Source: Nemertoderma westbladi (Eukaryota; Animalia; Xenacoelomorpha). Taken from it: a stretch of DNA of 64,000 bases. This document shows positions 23,551-36,664 of the stretch, piece after piece (the stretch's first letter is position 1; every line of letters starts with the position of its first letter). The notes beneath the pieces are model-generated. The model was given only the letters and a program-made list of their open reading frames with translations. It made no database searches and was not told the DNA's origin. Position numbers and translations under genes: made by a program. Location: NCBI GenBank assembly GCA_032718475.1, contig JAUCBJ010002736.1, forward strand, positions 1 to 64,000, given 5' to 3'.

Positions 23551-24300
23551 TTAACGAGAAATGCACCGAACCGCTCGCTTTCTTCTACGCTGTCCTGGCT
23601 TCTTTCCTGCAGAAGGTTTGGGGTCAACAGTTGCTAACTTTCCATCCATTGAGGTGACGATCTGAGTTTTTCGAAGTTTATAGGTATGCATTTTAATTAA
23701 ATGATTAGTTCTTGTTACCCCATCCATTCCTTCCCACTTGGACTTTCCCACTGCAAACTTTTTAAAACGTCCCGAGAGTCGATATTGTCCGTTTCCAATA
23801 ACCGCCCTTTCAACATCTCTTTGTTTGGTTCTAACTACATCTATCAAAAGCTTGACAATTTCAGTCAGGGGCCGAGGCTTCCAATCGAACGCCTGTTTGA
23901 AGACGTGATTGGCTGATTCGTTATTATTACTGTATTATCCCAGAATTTATCAACTACCCCGGACTGTTTCGGTTCCCATACATAATTTGATAACATCGGA
24001 AGTACTTTACACTTCTCATGTATTTTTTGAATGTTGCTGGTAGTTTTTTCGATAACAAAGTGTCAGAACGTTCCTGAAAGGTTATATCATCCTGAGAATC
24101 AAGTATCCCGTCTGTATCAAATATTAATTTAATAATCTCTATGCGAGTGATTTTATCAACACCGCAATCTATCAGATGTTTCGATACATTTTTCCTTACA
24201 TGCAGCACGCATATTAGTGTATGGGAGTTAAGGAAATGCAATACGGATTGCTTTTCTTAAAGCTGCTTCTTCATCTGAACCAAGACACAGTTTTTCTTCA
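23551..24300 (-). pseudogene. Mutator/MULE-type transposase remnant (5'-truncated, frameshifted)
   Basis: Across frames: GSDEEAALRKAIRIAFP / HTLICVLHVRKNV (D..CxxH) / NNNESANHVFKQAFDWKP / RAVIGNGQYRL, typical MULE DDE motifs. Confidence 0.8.
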
Positions 24301-25154
24301 GTCGTCGTCGTCGTCGTCGTAAATTTTTGATCGCTAATAACTCGGTTATTCCTTGATGAAATTAAACGAAACTTGGTATGTATGTAGTCTGACAAAAGTT
24401 TAGAAAGAATCTCAAGTTTGGTCAAAAACGAATGAACGCAACAAGGCACAAGAGGATGACGAGTATTGTGTTGAAGACTTCTGACTAACGGCACACAACT
24501 CGTTAATGGTACCCATTTGCGAAAGGCTTTGCTCACTTCGTGCTGCGCGAAGACCCCACGAACGTGTACTTACTGTATAATTATAAGATAGCCGTGTATT
24601 ACGAATATATAGTCGGAACAAATTACAAATATAAATGCTCTATAATATTTATGAATAAAATCTTAAAAAATAAAACTTAACAGAAATTTTAACTACAACA
24701 TCCAACAATAAATACTTGTTATTTCAATATATAGGGCTACTTTAAATAAGGGAACTTTCGATGCAATCTAAATTGATCCCACTCCAGTGCAAAATCGATG
24801 CAAATAACAACGGATTACTTCCAAAAGTAATACTTCCCTAACCTGTTCGATTGGCATTAGTTTATTGTTTTGGTTAGAATAACGCGGCAGTTTAACAAGT
24901 GCATTTCCTTAATTTGGTACGTTAATATTGAAACAAGATATCAGTTCATCACACACATCTGAACACTACATATATCAAACATTAATCAAACATTATCTAA
25001 CACTACATGTATCAATCATTATAAATCAATGTCTTTATTATAACTAAAATTATAGTATGTACATGGTACTACAATGTTAAGTATGTGCAATATACATATT
25101 ATGCGCTACTTTATACATAATGATGTCCATGGCATAACATAGGGGTACATAGTA

Positions 25155-25430
25155 TGTTGCGGCGATTGTGTCCCCGTTGTGACAACTATAGCAGCCGTTG
25201 TGGCGATTGTGTCCCCCGTTGTGACAACTATAGCATCCGTTGTGGCGATTGTTTCTTCCGTTGTTGCAACTATAACCTCCGTAGTGGCGATTGTTTCCTC
25301 CGTTGTGGCAACTATAACCTCCGTAGTGGCGATTGTTTCTTCCGTTGGGGCAACTATAACCTCCGTAGTGGCGATTGTTTCTTCCGTTGGGGCAACTACA
25401 GTATAACATTTGTTGTGGCGATTGTTTCCA
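25155..25430. repeat. 42-bp (2x21) tandem repeat, left block
   Basis: Unit GTTGTGGCGATTGTTTCCTCCGTTGTGGCAACTATAACCTCC. Confidence 0.9.
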
Positions 25431-25754
25431 GAAGACGGCAACTTTAACTACAACACCCAGCAATAAATATTTTTTAATTTCAATAACTATGTATAGGCCT
25501 ACAGTACTTTAAATAAGGGGGAGTTTCGATACAAACTACAGTATATTTACAAAAATAACAACTGATTACTTCCAAAAATAATACCTTAACCTGTTCGATT
25601 CACATTAATTTAATGTTTTGGTTAGAATAACATAGCAGTTTAACTAGCTCCTTTCCCTTAATTTGATCCTTTACCATTGAAACGAGATATCAATTCTCCA
25701 ATTGCTTCCAGCCCCCACCCCCCCCCCCCCCTCCCCCGTATAAATAAAGCGCTA

Positions 25755-26328
25755 TGTGAGCGGATTCAATTCCGCCTCATTACCCCCATAAAGTTGGGAA
25801 GTGGCGCCCTTTTCAGCAATATTGGAGATACCAGATTGATAACAACCAATCTCGTATCACGACCCAATAACGGGGTTAACATACACCCCAAAAGCCACAC
25901 AAAGGGAGGTTAGAGGTCAAACCACCTCGAGAGGGCAGATAACCAACAGCGGGGGGGGGGGGGGGGGCACTCCCACAGAGGTGAGAGGCGTGAAGTAGGT
26001 CATCAACCAATGGGAGCGGGGAAAAGTATCCACTGGACACAGGCCAAAGTAATGTAGGAATGAATACATATATTATCCTATTACCGGTCAGTTAATCAGT
26101 TTACTCAGTCATTAAGTTCAGTGTAGACCGGTGATGTTTTTCACCGTCACCATCACCATCACAACATGTTACATTATCACTACCGGTATACTGCTATTAT
26201 ATTGTCAATTCAACTGTGCTATTATCCATTACGAATATCAGAGGGATAACAACAAACTGTCATTATTTTATCTCAAACGGTGACGCATAGTCAACTAAAC
26301 CCGATAGGGATCCCTTGATCCTGTCACA
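25755..26328 (+). repeat. 5' LTR
   Basis: TGTGAGCGG...TGTCACA. About 15-20 differences from the 3' LTR by eye. Confidence 0.93.
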
Positions 26329-26501
26329 GTGAAAAACTACAAAACTGCTGAACTGTGACTGCCAGCCACCATAGAAGAACAAAGATGAGCGCATAGCCCC
26401 GAGATTTAGAGGGAGAGAGGACACCGCCGCGGACCCTGGACGATACCAACCGAACGATCCGCGAGGCCGCGACGCGACGGTACCGACCTGCGACGCCGGA
26501 T

Positions 26502-29488
26502 TTGCCGACGAGAGACGATCCGGCAGTCCAAGCGGAGAGCGGCCGTCTACCACAAGGAAAGGACGAGTCGACATACGATGGCGGTCAAAGTACCGAAGTC
26601 GACGGCCAGCCACAGGCCGAGGGCGACGGACGGCCCACCGGAACAGCGACGGTGGGGCTGCCGGTACGACGCCGAAGCAGGAGAGGAGGAGGAGATGTCG
26701 GCGACGAGGACGTCGGGACCAGCGATCGGCTTCGACGGGCCTACAACGCCACGAAGAAACAGCTCAAGGGGGCCAGAGAAGGAGCAAAGGTGAACCAGGG
26801 GGAGTTGAGCCAGCGGCGAGGTGAGTCGAATAAACATTTCAGATACCTAGTTCGTTTCGGGCAGGGTGAACTGGCGAGTGAGAGAGCGAGCGGGGTCGCC
26901 ACCGAACTATTCGAACTGTGGCGATCCGGGATTATGGAGCCCCAAGTAGTGTACGTAGGGCCATATTTAGTGGATGCTAGGGGAATTAAGTTAGTGGGTT
27001 GGGCAGATCCGCACAAGGGCGAACCCGAGGTTAACCCCGAGAATTCGGTCTCGTCGGTTAGCGAGAACCCCAGAAAGCGGGGGAAAGTTAGTAGGACAGA
27101 GAGGCGACGGGAGTCCGTCACGACCGATAAGTCCGCTACATCCTCCGCGAAAGCAAGAAGGGTGTTAGAGATAGATCTGGCGTGTCAATTAGACATGGTG
27201 GCGCTAGACCAGAAAGAATTAGAGAGGCAGTTGGATGAGGGAAGAGGCTGTTGGAGAAAAAGAGGGAGTTGGCGAGGGAGTGTAGAGAGAGGGCCGAGAG
27301 GGTAGCGAGAAATTGTAGAGAACAAGAAGGGAGAGAGGCAGAGGAACGCAAGGAGCGAGAAACGAGAGTAGAGAAGGAACGTAAGGAGCGAGAAATGAGA
27401 GTAGAGAAGGAATGTGAAGAGCGAGAGACGAGAGCGGAGAACGAGTGTAAGGAGCGAGAGACGAGAGAGATGAACGAGCATAGAGAGCGAGAAGCGAGAG
27501 TAGAAAGCGAGCGTAAGGAGCGGGTGGCGAGAGAAACAGAGTTGGCGAACCAGAGTTTGCGAGAGGATAGAGCGAGAGAGAGAGAGCGGGAAAGCGCATG
27601 CGGGATGATATGCATGCCCGGTTAAGGGGGCTTATGCAATATCAGGCCAAACAGAAGCACCGACTAGAACTGGCGCAGTTGGGACTATCAGAGAGTGAGG
27701 CTGGCTCGGGTAGTATTTACGAGGAGCCAGAGGTTATGGAAACGTTTGTTAATACCCCACTTACAGGGACTGGACGACAGACCCAAGACTGGTGTAACCG
27801 TACGGGCGGGGGTAATAACAATACATTAGAAGACGTTAATATTAATAGTACCATAGTAGACAACCCTAATCCAACTTTCATTGCAGGAAATAATATTTTG
27901 CCCAGTAACAATAATTTAAATCCGAATGATCCTAATTTAAATACAGAAAATAATTCAAATAATAATCTAGATTCCAATATACAAAGTAATTCAAATAATT
28001 TAAATTTAAATACGCAAAATAATCTAAATAATAATTTTAATTCAAATGAACAAAATAATCCCGATTCTAACCCAAATATACAAAATAATTTCAATAATAA
28101 TCCGAATTCAGTACAGAATAACTCTAATAATTTAAATAATTTAGAAAATAATATTGATAATGGTGCTATTAATATAAATGCGGCAGATATAGGTGGACCG
28201 GCCAACGAGAGCCTGCCAGGCCACATAATCAGTACGCAGGGGGTAGCAGGGGTGAGAGACCCCGACGTGAACCTGGAAGGCCATGTAGTTAATACGCAGG
28301 GAGTAGCGGGGGTGAGTCGACCCGACGGGAGCCTGCCAGGCCACGCAGTGATAGAGGGAGAGGCGGGGGTGAATAGACCCAGCCGCAGTAGAGATAGTGT
28401 GTCGACTAGAGAGGGGCGTAGAGGCAAAGCGAGAGATAGTAAAGTGATAGGTGGCGAGTGGGGGGGGGGGGGGGGGGGCTACAGGCGCCCCACAACGAGA
28501 GATTAGCGGCGAGAGGGGGGGAGCAGAGAGTGTCCCACAGGCGTCGGCGGACAATGCGCGGGGCGAATTAGGTGAACCGCAGCACCCAGCAACGGAGAAT
28601 AGTAGGGGGGTTACGAATATCTCCAGCGGCTTGCGACCGGGTAGAGAGAGGGAGGTTGGCATTGCGAGTGGGCGAGTGACGAGATGTCGAGCCCAGTCAG
28701 AAGAGGGAAGAAGAACAGTGGAGTTTAACTGGGAGGTCGACGAGAGATCTTACGAACGGGGACGCTACATTGAAGAGAGAAGAAGAGAAGAGAATAGAAG
28801 AAGCATCGTTACGAGCGACCGGAGAGCGAGGATGGATAGCGAGCCGTCGGTAGTAGAAATGGAGTTGGAGAGTCAGTGGGGTCGAACTCCGAGAGATTGC
28901 CGTCGCCCCGGAGAGACGCAACCTGACGAGGTGTACTATACGCCGAAAGAGGGGTACAGGGCGTACTGGTACGAGGATGAGAATAGGAGAGGGGATCGAA
29001 GAGAAACTTCCCGACGGGATATAGCTGCCGATCGAGGGTATGGTAGTCGCCGGGAGGACTTCTTGGATTATTCGAGAAGGTTAAACTTCGGTCCGGAGGG
29101 ACACATACAGACTGCAGGACATACTGTAGGCCTTACTGCACATACTATAGACCATGCTGGGAGAAATAGTGTAGGCGATAGGGTAGCGCGGACGATGGGA
29201 TTGGACCCGGAAGTCGCGGAGTATATACCGGTAGGTAGGCCAGAAGTGGATAGGCCTATACCGGTACCAGCACAACAGTATGACTATAACATGCAGGGAC
29301 ATAACATATACCCAGTTGAGGGGGATATTGCAGATAGATGGATGGGCCCCAATATATTAACATCAACCCCAGTACCAAACATAACATTGGTGGGGGGGGG
29401 ACAGGGTGACATTCCCCCATTACAGTATCGGCAGTATAGACAACCAAGAACAAGAAGGATTCGACGAAGAGAGTGGGGTGGAAAGTGA
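26502..29488 (+). pseudogene. Frameshifted ~1000-codon gag-position ORF of the LTR element
   Basis: Four overlapping ORFs (26502, 27251, 27598, 28451) with an E/R coiled coil, an Asn-rich tract and an Arg-rich region. One shift lies at a G homopolymer (~28460-28477). Confidence 0.6.
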
Positions 29489-30449
29489 GACGAGCTAGAG
29501 GGGGGAAGATGGGGGGGTGCCTGATGGAGGAGTGGCCCTTAGGTTGCTGAGTGGTCCAATAGGTTGGACAGAGAAGGGTACGGACGTGCCGACGTGAAGG
29601 TGTAGGTAGTTAAAGAGAAACATACGCACTGAGGTAGACTGAGGGCGTCACGTGCGGGATCGAAAGGGGGGTATGTACGCATACCGTTGGTTGTCAGAAG
29701 TGGGATAACCAAGAAGAGTATGGAGAGGGAGAAACCTGTGGGCATTGAGGGCATCAGGTGACCAGAAACGAGAAGGATTAGAGGAAGAGAGTGGGGCGGA
29801 AAGTGAGGCGAGCTAGAGGGGGAAGATGGGAGAGATGAGAAGGGTACAGGGGATGCATTGAACTAAGCAGGGCACGGGCGTGATGACGTGTTTGATGCAA
29901 GAGCAGGGTATGTTAATTTGGGTGGGTGCCAGGCACACGAGGTGCCGGGCACAAGAAGTTAGGCAGTGTGGTATATTGACATACTACGAGAGTAGTAGGA
30001 GGGTATGTAATACCGAGAGTTAATAGAGTTAGTAGAGTTAGTTGAGTTAGTAAGAGTTAGTAGAGAGTTAGTAGAGTTAGTAAGAGTTAGTAGTTGTTCA
30101 CATAATTAACATACCCACTTTTACGGCACTCAGAGCGTCACGTGCAGGCGAGGAGATCTAAAGGGGATAAGATGTAAAGGTAGATGTAGAGGAGATAAGA
30201 TGTAGATAGAGTAGAGGAAGTAGATGCAGAGATAGATGTAGAGGAAGTAGATAGAGATGGGAGAGATGCATGATGGAGGGGTGGCCCATAGGTTGTTGAG
30301 TGGTCCAGTAGGTTGGGGGTGTGGGTGGTTAAACGTTACCTAGGTTAACAAGGCTCCTAGGGTAACTTAGCATACGCACCTTTGACGGCACTGAGGGCAT
30401 CATGTATGGAATTGAGGGGGAGCATGTATACATAACCATAGTTGAGGGG

Positions 30450-31330
30450 TGCAGTAGTAGAGGCGGGCACAAAGGGTGTCAGGTAGTAGAGTAGTAGAGA
30501 CAGTAGAGTAGTAGAGGCGGGCACAAAGGGTGCCAGGTAGTAGAGTAGTAGAGGCAGTAGAGTAGTAGAGGCAGGCACAAAGGGTGCCAGGTAGTAGAGT
30601 AGTAGAGGCGGGCACAAAGGGTGCCAGGTAGTAGAGTAGTAGAGGTGGGCACAAAGGGTGCCAGGTAGTAGAGTAGTAGAGGCGGGCACAAAGGGTGCCA
30701 GGTAGTAGAGTAGTAGAGAGGGCACAAAGTGAGGGGGGGGGGGGTATGTACGCATGCCATAGCCGAAGAGTATGGAAAGTGCGAAACCTGTGGGCACTGA
30801 GGGCATCACGTAGTGAGCAGTAAGAGGGCAGGTAGTACCGTTAGTCGAGAGTAAGAGGGTACGCAGTACCGTTAGTTAGAGTTAGGGAGTAAGAGGGTAC
30901 GTAGTACCGTTAGTAAAGTTAGAGTTAGGGAGTAAGAGGGTACGTAGTACCGTTAGTAAAGTTAGAGTTGGGGAGTAAGAGGGTACATAGTACCGGTAGA
31001 GAGTTAGTAGAGTTAGTAGAGGTAGAGAGTTAGTAGAGGTAGAGAGTTAGTAGAGTTAGAGAGTTGGAGAGTTAGTAGAGTTAGTAGAGGCAGAGAGTTA
31101 GTAGAGTTAGAGAGTTAGTAGAGGTAGAGAGTTAGTAGAGTTAGAGAGTTAGTAGAGGTAGAGAGTTAGTAGAGTTAGAGAGTTAGTAGAGGTAGAGAGT
31201 TAGTAGAGTTAGAGAGTTAGTAGAGGTAGAGAGTTAGAGAGTTAGTCGAGTTAGAGAGTTAGTAGAGTTAGGGAGTTAGTAGAGCTAGTAGACTTAATAG
31301 AGTTAGTAGTAAGAGAGTTACAAGGTAAGT
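30450..31330 (+). repeat. Purine-rich tandem repeats inside the LTR element
   Basis: 37-bp GTAGTAGAGTAGTAGAGGCGGGCACAAAGGGTGCCAG units, then ~42-bp units, then AGAGTTAGTAG-type microsatellite. Confidence 0.9.
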
Positions 31331-32528
31331 AGTAAGTAAGAAGTAAGTAGAGAGAAAAATGACAGCACAGAACAGGGGCAAATAGAGATAAAACAAAAAA
31401 AATCAAAATAAAACTAAGAATATCAGGACCACTCCCGAACTACAGAAGAGCCTTCAAGGTAGCCTTCGGAGGTCTGGTAGACCACCCGGGGCTGAAGGGC
31501 GAGTCGGTGTACTACGACAACCAGCATCTAGTAGACAGGGAGGTGGATACACCATAACAGAGGTGGGAGAAGTTGGAAGCGGATAGACTTGAGGAGAAGC
31601 GACTGGAAGAAGTCGCTAAACGAGAAAGGCGGAGAAAGAGTGAAACGGGCAAGACTGGGAATGACGAGTCATATCACCTCCGAGAGGGGGGGTTAAGGCG
31701 CGTCATATAGACGAGCATATAATATAATATATAATATATAATTATAATAATTAATTGTTATATATAACATATGTATTATACAGTATGTACCGTAGTCAAG
31801 CACAACCTTTTTCCAATTAGCTACTGGGACTGGGGACTAATTGACTAGGGCGACAGGACGGGACTTAGATGGCTCCCACTAACATGTGCGCACATGTGTG
31901 GGACCCGATAAGTGTGTGGTCATTAAACAACAGGGCGGAGTTCAGGATTTATTGTGAAAGCTCGTATCCTGCGGGATAGGAATCGTGCAGATGGGCACTA
32001 CCGGGATATGAGTAGGAGGGGCACTTGATGGGACCCCCGGCGTGGAGAGTGAGGGCAAAATGAGAGGAGTATGAGAGGAATATGAGAAGAGTATGAGAGG
32101 AGTATGAGGAAAGATAGTGAGAGGTGGTGTTGAGGAGTGTGGAGAGAGTACGGGTGCGATTCAAATGTGGGGGGGGGGGGGGGGGGAGTAAGAGGCAGAG
32201 TGAGGGACAAAGAGGTCCGAAAGTGGAGTGGAGTTAGAGTGAAAGTAGAGAGGCGTTAGAGTCAGTTTGGAGTGGAGTGAAGATTTAAAATTGTGTGAGA
32301 GGAGTCCACAATTGTCTCGAACCGAGACGCCAGATGTCTTGGTGCAACATAGATTGAGGTTGCACCAAGAGGGGGTAATAATATCATACCCAGAGGGAGC
32401 GGCCTGGAAAGCCGACTCCAAGTAAAAGAACTCCACCCCACACCCGATAGTAGATCGGGTTCCAGCGGAATTTAAGCGCACTCAAAGGTGATGCTATCTT
32501 CTCACCGGGAAGATAGCATGGGGGGGAG

Positions 32529-33103
32529 TGTGAGCGGATTCAATTCCGCCTCATTACCCCCATAAAGTTGGGAAGTGGCGCCCTTTTCAGCAATATTGGA
32601 GATACGAGATTGATAACAACCAATCTCGTATCACACCCAATAACGGGGATAACATACACCCCAAAAGCCACACAAAGGGAGGTTAGAGGTCAAACCACCT
32701 CGAGAGGGCAGATAACCAACAGCGGGGGGGGGGGGGGGGAAGCACTCCCACAGAGGTGAGAGGCGTGAAGTAGGTCATCAACCAATGGGAGCGGGGAAAA
32801 GTATCCACTGGACAAAGGCCAAAGTAATGTAGGAATGAATACATATATTATCCTATTACCGGTCAGTTAATCAGTTTACTCAGTCATTCAGTTCAGTGCA
32901 GACCGGTGATGTTTTTCACCGTCACCGTCACCATCACTACATGTTACATTATCACTACCGGTATACTGCTATTATATTGTCAATTCAACTGTGCTATTAT
33001 CCATTACGAATATCAGAGCGATAACAACAAACAGCCATTATTTTATCTCAAACGGTGACGCGTAGTCAACTAAACCCGGTCGGGATCCCTTGATCCCGTA
33101 ACA
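32529..33103 (+). repeat. 3' LTR
   Basis: TGTGAGCGG...GTAACA, preceded by the PPT. Confidence 0.93.
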
Positions 33104-33392
33104 CGCTACTTTATACATAATGATAATGATGTCCATTGTATATCATATACGTGTAAAATAGCGTGGTTAATAGATGAGTCTCTAAATTTATACGGGCTTG
33201 GTATCGTTTTTTGTGTTCTACACAAAACGTTATTTTTTGTGTAAAACACAAAACGTTATTTTTTGTGTAAAACACAAAACGTTACCGGTATTTTTTGTGT
33301 AAAACACAAAAAGATGCATTACTGTAATACATCAATACAGATTAATATCAGTAGTTTTAACTAAATCAATGTTGATGAACGTTAGATAAACT

Positions 33393-33860
33393 GTTGTGGC
33401 GATTGTTTCCTCCGTTGTGGCAACTATAACCTCCGTAGTGGCGATTGTTTCCTTCGTTGTGGCAACTATATCATCTGTTGTGGCGATTGTTTCCTCCGTT
33501 GTGGCAACTATATCATCTGTTGTGGCGATTGTTTCCTTCGTTGTGGCAACTATAACCTCCGTAGTGGCGATTGTTTCCCCCGTTGTGGCAACTATAGCAT
33601 CTGTTGTGGCGATTGTTTCCCCCGTTGTGGCAACTAACGCATCTGTTGTGGCGATTGTTTCCCCCGTTGTGGCAACTAACGCATCCGTTGTGGCGATTGT
33701 TTCCCCCGTTGTGGCAACTAACGCATCTGTTGTGGCGATTGTGTCCCCCGTTGTGGCAACTATAGCATCCGTTGTGGCGATTGTTTCCCCCGTTGTGGAA
33801 ACTAACGCATCTGTTGTGGCGATTGTGTCCCCCGTTGTGGCAACTATAGCATCCGTTGTT
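33393..33860. repeat. 42-bp (2x21) tandem repeat, right block
   Basis: Same family as 25155-25430, ~11 copies. The two blocks flank the LTR insertion. Confidence 0.9.
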
Positions 33861-35216
33861 GTACGCGCTTTTGAAGACCTTTAGCAGTTTAACCTGCCAA
33901 AATTTATATGTCTTTTGGTTTATAGATATACTTTAGAAGATGACAAATATTTAATACCAATAAACACAACATTAGCAGAAGCCAGCCTAGTGCGCGTCCA
34001 TTCACCCGCTGGATAATCCCGGGAGACTGGATTCTGAGGGCTTAAATTATTATTGCAGTGAAGCTTACTGTATTGTATTATTCGATTGATCGTTAATAAT
34101 TAATTTCTGACTAATATTATTTACTTTCGGGAAATATTAACAGTTCCTTTAGGACGTGGCGCTCTATCTAGGTAAACAGAGATATGACTTATACTAATCA
34201 CAACGGTAAGTCGGTAAGGCTTAAGATTCACGTATGAGGCGCATTCTTTAGGAAATGCTTAGTTATCAGTCACAATCATGCACACTACCGGTAACACACA
34301 ATACTGCACGCTAATTTGCCGATCGTCAATGAATTTTATCATATATAAAGAGAACAGCAACGGACCAATGTAGTGCTTATCAAATAGCATTAAATTCACT
34401 ACAAACCACAACAATATAAGTCGCAATCGCTATATATAACCCGTCTCTCTAACCTGTAGTGTATCAAGAAAATTGGGAAATTTGGGTTCTTTATATATGT
34501 TCTCCAAATAATATTCAACCAAACACAACAGTAAATAGCAGTATAATAATGTATGTTGAACAGTAATAACAACAAAGTATTGAATTGTGAATGGTTTGTT
34601 AAGAATTGCATTGAATTGATAAGATTTGATAACAGTCATACGCTCTATAATTTAAGCCTACTAATGTTTCTTCTAAAAGTATGAAACGAATTGATTCTAG
34701 AGCCGTTGTTCCTGGCCTAGACAGCAATAACAACAAAGTATATGAAAAAACAGTAAGACTGAACTCTCTCCTTAAGATCGACCGAAAAGCTACACGTCGA
34801 CAGGAAAAATCGCTCCGATTGGCTCAAGCCAAACAAAGAACCATGCGTCCAATGGCTGTTTCCATGTCAGCAACCAGCTGTTAGATGTCGTAATATGAAT
34901 CGTCACGGCTAAGCTATGAAAGGTATTTGTCGCATTGCAGGTTTTTTGCCTTACCATGTCCGCTAAAACACGTATATAGCAGAATGACTTTTATGTCCGT
35001 TAAAACACCTGTAACGGTACCTTGCGGGCGAGGGGAATATATATACAGTTAGAGAACCTTTTTAGAGTATTCCAGCGCCTGGGGGGAAACTGGATTGCGA
35101 AGCAAAAGGGCCAGTTATATCCCACAGAAGCTTTTACACCGCTCCCAGAAAATGGGATTTGAGTCTATAAAATATACAAAATCACAGTTTCTAATATACG
35201 TAAATACTCTAAACAG

Positions 35217-35933
35217 TTAGTCTTTCTTGCGCGGACGGCGTTTACGCAGTTTTTTAAAGCTAGCAAGAGTCCTTTTCTCTTTGGGGCGAGCCACTTTACA
35301 AGGAGGGCTATAACTCCTGGGTGAAGGGTGCAATATGATTGCATCAGAGGGTGTAGGATTATAGTCGGTGTATCCGCCAGTCGAAGTACCGGGTTGATTG
35401 ACATCAACGTCAGGTGAGAGGGGTCTAACGGCTTTGAGAGCTCGTTTCAAGACAGCCGCTCTTACGGGTCCTTTACGAGTGGTCTGAACGAGGGCCGTGG
35501 GTGGACCATAGGCAGTTAGAAACTTCCGGGGTTTAATGGTCCTTTCCAACTCGCGTTCGCGGGCTCGGTATTCGTAAGGCCGTCGATATACTTCCTGTAA
35601 CTCAGGGTGTGAGTTAACAAACAAGTCTCCATAGTCCGGATCCTGACGGATATAATTGATTAAGTTATAGGAATGAAGGTCGCTAGGATTAACACTCCTG
35701 AGAAATTTGCGTACGAATTTGGTTGAAATACATTCTCCGACGCGCTTCAGTAGCTCGTAACTTGATATGCGTGATTTCTGTTCAACCGAAGCGAATAGAT
35801 AAGGATGGAACGCATAAACTCCTTCGTAAGCGCGTCCGGGATAATAGCGATGGCGCGAATCACAATGTAAATCAGCGTTCGCTTCCCAAGCTCTGATGTA
35901 ACGTAGTGTGATCATTTCATCTACGCTTTCCAA
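35217..35933 (-). CDS. Intronless ORF of unknown function with a basic C-terminus
   Basis: 238 codons, non-repetitive, ends KKLRKRRPRKKD (NLS-like). The start codon is uncertain. Confidence 0.4.
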   Translation of the reverse strand: MESVDEMITLRYIRAWEANADLHCDSRHRYYPGRAYEGVYAFHPYLFASVEQKSRISSYELLKRVGECISTKFVRKFLRSVNPSDLHSYNLINYIRQDPDYGDLFVNSHPELQEVYRRPYEYRARERELERTIKPRKFLTAYGPPTALVQTTRKGPVRAAVLKRALKAVRPLSPDVDVNQPGTSTGGYTDYNPTPSDAIILHPSPRSYSPPCKVARPKEKRTLASFKKLRKRRPRKKD

Positions 35934-36265
35934 ATCGTGATTAAAAAGGGCAATCGAAACTGGCGTGTCCCTTTAGTTGACAATGGTGACATTGAGTCAT
36001 AAATTGAGGGCAAACCGCAAAAATGTGCAAATTATTAAATCTGCAATACGCTCAATAAATTTCCATCGCCGGTTGTTCGTGGAAATAGGAACAGCAGACG
36101 TTTGGGTCCATGGGCGTAACATGGTCTCTCGATGCGCATAACCGACAACGTTGCCGAGAAACATAGTTGGCATGGCGATAATCGTACGCAGTGAGACACT
36201 GGACCTTGATACCATTCTAGGATGTAATCGTTGTCGCTGTTCCGGGCGCGATAGGCTGAATCTCC

Positions 36266-36664
36266 TCAGATTCTAGGCATATTGGTTCGTCTTCCCAGTC
36301 TGTTACGAATATAATTTTCGTGATCTATTCTCGGTTTATCGTTACGACGCCGCTGGGTATGATATTTAAATAGAACCATTTCCCTTTCGGTATCTACATC
36401 GTCTGTATCATGTAAATCGATAGGATGGCCGGTCGTTAGGAAGTCCATATACGTACCATTACGATTCGTATAGCGAGTGGTGAATTTTCGATAGTCCAAT
36501 TCACGCGCAAGTTGCTCTTGGGACATCGGCGGTTCGATATAACGACCATCGTCCTCCGTAATGGTTGGATCGGCTTCACCGCGTATTAAGCTATCCACAA
36601 ATGCTTGTAAAGGTAGAGTATATCGCTCCCTAATACCAAGATCATCTTCTATCAACTCCATCAT
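36266..36664 (-). CDS. Intronless ORF of unknown function
   Basis: 132 codons from ATG, protein-like composition, same strand as the neighbouring ORFs. Confidence 0.35.
   Translation of the reverse strand: MMELIEDDLGIRERYTLPLQAFVDSLIRGEADPTITEDDGRYIEPPMSQEQLARELDYRKFTTRYTNRNGTYMDFLTTGHPIDLHDTDDVDTEREMVLFKYHTQRRRNDKPRIDHENYIRNRLGRRTNMPRI

Larger units (their letters stand above)
25755..33103 (+). mobile_element. Full-length LTR retroelement lacking recognisable pol (non-autonomous)
   Basis: Direct repeats 25755-26328 and 32529-33103 (TGT...ACA), 5-bp TSD CGCTA (25750-54, 33104-08), purine tract GGGGGGGAG before the 3' LTR. Confidence 0.93.

Noticed and set aside
25077-33884. Mucin- or antifreeze-like ORFs (VVAIVSSVVATITS / TTEETIA)
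   Set aside because: Translations of the 42-bp tandem repeat blocks.
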